Positions 58,527 through 64,000 of a stretch of DNA of 64,000 nucleotides are shown here, in pieces. The notes under the pieces were generated by a model. That model searched no databases. It was not told the origin of the DNA and was given only the letters and a program-made list of their open reading frames with translations. The translations under genes and the position numbers were made by a program. The stretch spans positions 124,001-188,000 of the forward strand of contig NW_027191466.1 in assembly GCF_011745625.1 (NCBI RefSeq), in the 5' to 3' direction. Each line of letters begins with the position of its first letter. Positions within the stretch are counted from its first letter, which is position 1. The DNA comes from Cladosporium halotolerans. Taxonomy: Eukaryota.

Positions 58527-59657
58527 GCTCCGGTGCGGTGAGAGGGAAGGTTGCGATGCGTGAGGTGATCGGCGCCCATGGGAATGTCGACTCAAGCAAG
58601 CTCAAGACATGGGCCGTGGCAGCGAGCGTGGGCTTGGTATGCGGTACTTTTGTTGCTTTCTGCGATGTGAGGATGTTGCCTGCGAAAGGGAGACGTTGGC
58701 GGGCGAAGGCACGAGGACAGTGGTTTCTTTAGCGCCTTCGGGCGCTCAGACATGCAGGCCCACGGCGGGCACAAGGGGAGGCGGAGGCAATGCTACCGGT
58801 GGTGGTGCGGCTCGCTGAAGACGCTCTAGCCTGCTGGACGCCGGGCGAGTGCGTCCGGTGGCCATTGGTCGCGAGCGCCAGCTTGAGAAAGCATCGCGAG
58901 GTGGCCTGACCGAAACGAGATATCGCATACTACAGCAATGCATTTTGTGCATCTTCGGTCTGCGTACAATGCCATATGACTTGCCAGACACTGCCAGTCC
59001 ACCGCCATCAGTCTGCCATGATCTTATCGCCGCAAGGCATCATAGACTATCAGGTTATCAGCGCTCCATCTCTCCGTGCCGCTTGCGAAGTTTACACGCA
59101 GTTCCTCCGCCAGGGCCCTTGCACCCTTGCACCCAGCAAGCCCTCCTGTTCACCCTTTCAGCTTCGTGCACTGCAGTATGTGATGATCTACCACGATCAG
59201 ATCTTGTACCGTCTTCTCATACAAGATACTTAGTCACCTCCCTCCACGCGGGGTTAGGTACCGCTCCGATAGGCGGAACTTTCTCCATGCAAGCCACGTA
59301 GCTCCGCGTGGGAGGTCGCAGTAAGTGGGTGGGATTTACTCGAAGGCTGCCTTATAAACCGTCACGTAGTCTCAAACAGTAGTGAAAGCTTTTCTTGATA
59401 ATGTTCAAATTATCCCTTGCACGATTACGGCGTTTGCACAAAGGATCATTTCTCGACCCGCGGACAAGGCGGTCGCGCGGGCTTAAGTCCAGTATATCCG
59501 ACCTACTGCATGACATGCTACTCGTAAGCAATGGATAGATGGCCATAAGCTTGAGTATATCAACGATGTTCTATCCTCTCTTCATTCCTTTACTTGCCAG
59601 TCAGTTTGAAGACGATTTCCCAGAATCGTCGACTCAGTATTCCTGACACAACAGAAA

Positions 59658-60697
59658 ATGCCGCCTCCACGAGGAATACCCAACCCCATCGAAGGACCTG
59701 GTAAGCAGTCTGCGATGTTCGAACAGTACATTCACGACCAGTACAATCAAATCTCTGATTCCTTCCAGGCGACTTCACCGTCACCAAGACTGTCCACAAC
59801 GACACCTACCCCGCCATCGATCCCACAAAGCAAGACCTCTCCGGCAAGGTCGTCTTCATCAGCGGCGCAAGTAGAGGCATAGGTCAAGCGATTGCAACCA
59901 GCTTCGCCAACGCCGGCGCATCTGGACTTGTGTTGGCTGCCCGGTCTAGCATCGAAGCCACTGAGAATGCTATCAAGCAGGCGGCCAAGGATGCAGGTCG
60001 ACCTGTTCCTGAAGTCCTGGGCGTGAAGATGGAAGTGACCAACTTCGAATCCGTCTCGAATGCCGCTGCAGAAGTCGAGCGGAAATTCGGACGACTAGAT
60101 GTGATCATCAACAACGCCGGCGTCATCGACATGACGGCGATCATCGAGAGTGATCCTGAGAAATGGTGGAAGGTCTGGGAAGTTAACGTGAAAGGGCCTT
60201 ACTTGGTCGCCAAGGCCTTCTTACCATTGGTGCTTAAGACCCAAGACTCCTTGAAGCAAGTCATCACAGTAGCGAGGTACGCGTATCAGTATAGGGTCAC
60301 GTTAATCGCAAACCACTGACTGCCATCCAGTGTCGGCGCCCATCTCACCGTCCCCTCCTTATCCGCCTACCAACCCTCCAAGCTAGCCGTCGTCCGCTTC
60401 ACAGAGTTCATCCACAGCGAGTACGGCGCGCAGGGCGTGACAGCCATTTCCATCCACCCGGGCAACATCCTGACTGAAATGGCAACTTCCGCCGACATGC
60501 CTGAGGAGCTTCGATTCGTCTTCACGGAGAGTGTTGAACTGCCTGCTGACACGATCGTTTGGCTGGCGGCGGAGAAGCGGGATTGGCTGAGTGGGCGATA
60601 CGTTAATGTGACTTGGGATATGCCTCAGTTGGAGGAGAAGCGGGGGGCGATTGTGGAGGGGGATCGGTTGAGGGTGAAACTTGATGTAGACTTTTGA
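59658..60697 (+). CDS. Short-chain dehydrogenase/reductase (exons 59658-59700, 59769-60276, 60331-60697)
   Basis: HNDTYPAIDP, SGASRGIG, INNAG, catalytic YQPSK, HPG and WLSGRY. Two canonical introns. Confidence 0.92.
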
Positions 60698-61225
60698 GTG
60701 CGACATCGGACGGTTCAGCGAGCAATTGATGATTAGGATGCTTGCTCCGCGAGCAGCCCGTACAAATGGGATACTATCAAACTGCCGAATATAAGCTCGA
60801 ATTGTCCAAGTAGTTGTTCGCCAGCTAGTCGCTACGGCAAGAAGTCAATGTTCATCAGGTGTCAAGTTTTATCATTCATAGTGTCCATAAAATCCAAGAT
60901 TCGGGACGAAAGGTCACACAATCCCTTCGAAATGGATTTGAAGACCATCACGTCCCCATTCAAGGATTCAATTGCCTGCTAACCTGATATCATGTCAATC
61001 TGACCATGAGCATCCAAACGATCAAGTCGAATTCGGAGAGTGAACAAAATTGTCATTGTTCCAGTTCGTCGAGGGAAAAGTGATATTCGACTCAAAAAGA
61101 CATCTTCCATCGATGAATGTCCAGTTCTTCTATCCCAATAGAGTGCAAAGGATGCAAAAGAGTTGGTGACGCAAGGAATTTAACCTTGGGCATTGATCGA
61201 TCTAATCCTACACGGATGAGAGCTA

Positions 61226-61324
61226 CAACCAACATGGGACTCGAACCCACAACCTTCCGCTATCCATACAGGCCGTTTCCAGGCCGTTTAGGAGGCGGAC
61301 GCTCTACCATTGAGCCAATCGGCT
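61226..61324 (-). tRNA. tRNA-Arg(CCT) with a 27-nt intron
   Basis: Acceptor AGCCGAT/GTTGGTT, D arm GCTC-AATGGTA-GAGC, anticodon stem TCCGC/GCGGA with CT-CCT-A[intron]A, and T arm GTGGG-TTCGAGT-CCCAT. Mature length 72 nt. Confidence 0.85.
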
Positions 61325-62195
61325 CTCGAAATCGTCGATTTCTTGACACGGGTGGCGATAAACTATTATATATAGCCTTTTTCAATTATGAGGTGTGAAA
61401 TCGAGGGAGCATATCGCTCGATTTTCGCTCGATCGCACCACAAACACTTGTATTTTGGCGTTAAATCATTCAGATTGAGCACATTCATCAGTCTTACATC
61501 AAACATGAGGCGTTTGTGCTGCTAAAGTTGATAGCGTAAGCGACGGTCGTTGACGTCGACGCGTCGCACTGAAGGCTACGGCAGATTGAAATTTCGAGCA
61601 TGGTCAAAGGATAGCGTATCTGACCCTTTGAGCAGACCACATTATGGAACTACACTAGATATTCGATTTGAGAATTGCACAATGATATTCCAAAAGTCTC
61701 GTGCTCGTACGTTCGATCTTGTGAAGGCTTCCATGTCATGACAAAAATTAGAAGGCTCAAGGCCAGGGTCAGGGTTGGGGTAATCGCTCAGGACAAAGAC
61801 CCCCAGTGACCCCTCCTCGTCGCACTGCAACTGGACCCTTGCATTGTTACACTGCTCTACGGGTACATTTCAACCAACGCCAGATTGTTCGTTGTATTGT
61901 GATACCATTGACCTAAATGTGATGACTGATTGCCCTTCGTTCGGGCAAAACGTTGGCCTTTGCCCCCACTTGATACATAGTGGTTGGATGATGTCGGGGC
62001 AAGCTGTCATGCAAAGTGGAGCCTAGATGGTGCCATGTTGTCAACTGGATCTTCCTCAGAACGGGCTGCGGTCAGCAAATCAACGTAACAGACATCGACT
62101 GCCACCCGTATCCGCCTATTCTGCCAATCTTCATCTGTTCAATATTTACTTGGCCGAGACCTGCAGATTCCCCTGCACAGAAAAAAGGGTTCATC

Positions 62196-64000
62196 ATGGG
62201 CGAAGCAGTCGATCTCCCCGCTGCCACGCATTTCGGCGAAGGCAACGTCAACGCTCCAGGGCCAACGATAGATTTGGTCGCCCAGGATGATCTGCCTGCT
62301 ACGAAGAAGCCCGAAGATGATGATGATTGGGACTATCCTTATCCCACCGACTTCAAGATCCGAGAACGCGCCATTGACGACATAAGGCCACTGAAAGTGA
62401 GCATGAGCCAGCGGAATCGATGGTGCTGAGATATATTACTGACGATTCTAGGTCGCTGTGATAGGCGCTGGCATTTCCGGTATTACTGCCGGCGTCCTCC
62501 TCCCAATCAAAGTGCCTGGAATCCAGTTGACCATTTTCGACAAGAATAGCGATGTTGTGCGTACACGACACCCCGCTCAGAATCTGGTGAAATCCTCACT
62601 AATTCAGGACTACAGGGCGGCACATGGGTCGAAAACATCTATCCAGGTGTTCGGTGCGACATTCCTTCTCATTGCTACCAATCGACATATTCGCCCAACG
62701 TCAATTGGTCCGAAGAATACGCGCAAGGCCACGAAATCAGAAACTACTGGCAGTCCGTGGCGAGGAAGTTTAACGTCCATTCCAAGTGCCGCTTCCGCAC
62801 CAAAGTCAACTCCGCTCAATGGGATGCCGACAAGTCAAAATGGATCTTGAACGTCTTAGATATTGAAGCAGCTACAACTGCAGACTCCGAGTTTGACTTC
62901 ATCATCACGGCAAATGGACATTTCAACGAGTGGAAGATGCCAAGTTATCCTGGCATCGAAACCTTTAAAGGGCATATTCGCCACTCTTCAAATTGGGATC
63001 CGAACTTTGACCCCAACGGCAAACGCATCGCTACAATCGGCAATGGCGCCTCGGGCATCCAAGTCACGACCGCTCTGCAGAAACAAGCAGCTCACGTAGA
63101 CCACTACGCGCGTAACAAGACTTGGATTGCTGGATCATTCAACCCCAGTCAGAGAGAACGTCAAGAAACTGCCATGCCGTTCTCGGAGCAGCAGCTCAAG
63201 GACTTTCAGGATCCCGAAAAGTACCTCGCATTTAGAAAGCAGCTGGAGGGTAGCTTCTTTCGTCGATTCGAAGCCATTCTACGAGACTCGGAGACCACCC
63301 GCATCGGTGCCGACCGCTTCAAACAGATTATGCGCGAGAGGCTTGGTGACGATGCGGAGCTTCTGGAGAAGATGGTGCCTGACTTCCCTCCTTTCTGTCG
63401 TCGACTGACACCTGGTCCTGGATATCTCGAAGCCATCACGAAGGACAATCTTACTTTCATCCAAGATCCAATTGATCACTTCACGGAAACTGGCATCGTA
63501 ACCAAGGACGGCGTTCATCGTGAAGTCGACGCGGTGATTTGCTCCACGGGTGCCAACGTGGACTTTGCACCACCTTTCCCGATCGTGGCCGGCGAGTACG
63601 ATCTTTCTCGTGACTGGAAGCCAGACGGCAAGTTTGGTTTCCCATACACATACCTTGGCCTTTTCACGCCGAACTTCCCCAATTGTGCTTACATCCTTGG
63701 CCCGCATCCTCCGGGTACTTCGGGCACAGTCCCTCACGGTAAGTTTGAAAAGCTACATGGAAATTCCGACGAGTAGCTAATCGCCCACAGGCGCCGAGAC
63801 GCAAACCACATACATTGCCAAACTTCTCCGCAAGATCTCCTCGCAAGGTATCCGCACAATGACCCCCTCAAAGCGTGCCACAGACGACTTCGTGGCCTAC
63901 TGTGACGCTTTCTTCCCTCGCACCAACATGAGCCGCAAGTGCAGTTCCTGGTACAACGGCGGAAGACCTGGAGCACGCATTCACGGCGTGTGGCCGGGCA
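62196..64000 (+). CDS. Flavin-dependent Baeyer-Villiger-type monooxygenase, 3' end beyond window (exons 62196-62396, 62452-62556, 62616-63738, 63791->64000)
   Basis: VIGAGISG, GGTWVENIYPGVRCD, BVMO fingerprint FKGHIRHSSNWD, IGNGASG, RRLTPG and CSTG. Confidence 0.92.

Noticed and set aside
59658..64000. SDR plus BVMO as a secondary-metabolite cluster
   Set aside because: No backbone enzyme in the window and a tRNA lies between them. It cannot be excluded beyond the edge.
1..64000. Transposons, RIP-degraded AT-rich blocks, CRISPR arrays, rRNA
   Set aside because: No transposase or RT motifs, terminal repeats, AT-rich tracts or regular repeat-spacer arrays seen.

Overview
Gene-dense eukaryotic DNA from a filamentous ascomycete: short GT-AG introns with CTRAC/CTAAT branch points, Zn2Cys6 factors and a PTH11-like receptor. 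A Dothideomycete origin is my inference. I can support 22 protein-coding genes and one intron-containing tRNA-Arg(CCT). Core genes: FTS/AKTIP-like UBC variant, MFS transporter, purine regulator UaY, TDA10-like kinase, cystathionine beta-lyase, RBR E3 ligase, MRP51 and a Pho80-family cyclin. Accessory genes: a secreted protein fusing two Cys-rich modules to a bacterial-type DUF3238-like domain, head-to-head with a GPI-anchored Cys-repeat protein; a divergent hydantoinase plus D-carbamoylase-like pair resembling the bacterial hydantoin pathway; a MAL-type cluster (regulator, GH13 glucosidase, permease); a ~2270-aa secreted protein with five tandem pectin-methylesterase-like domains; an SDR; and a truncated Baeyer-Villiger-type monooxygenase. 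Other oddities are a single in-frame TAG splitting a long gene, a tRNA-like 3' half behind the tRNA-Arg, a degenerate repeat locus near 20 kb, and recurrent C-rich-to-G-rich skew switches. No transposon, CRISPR array or rRNA was seen. Family calls come from motif recognition by eye and recalled consensus sequences; no searches were run.
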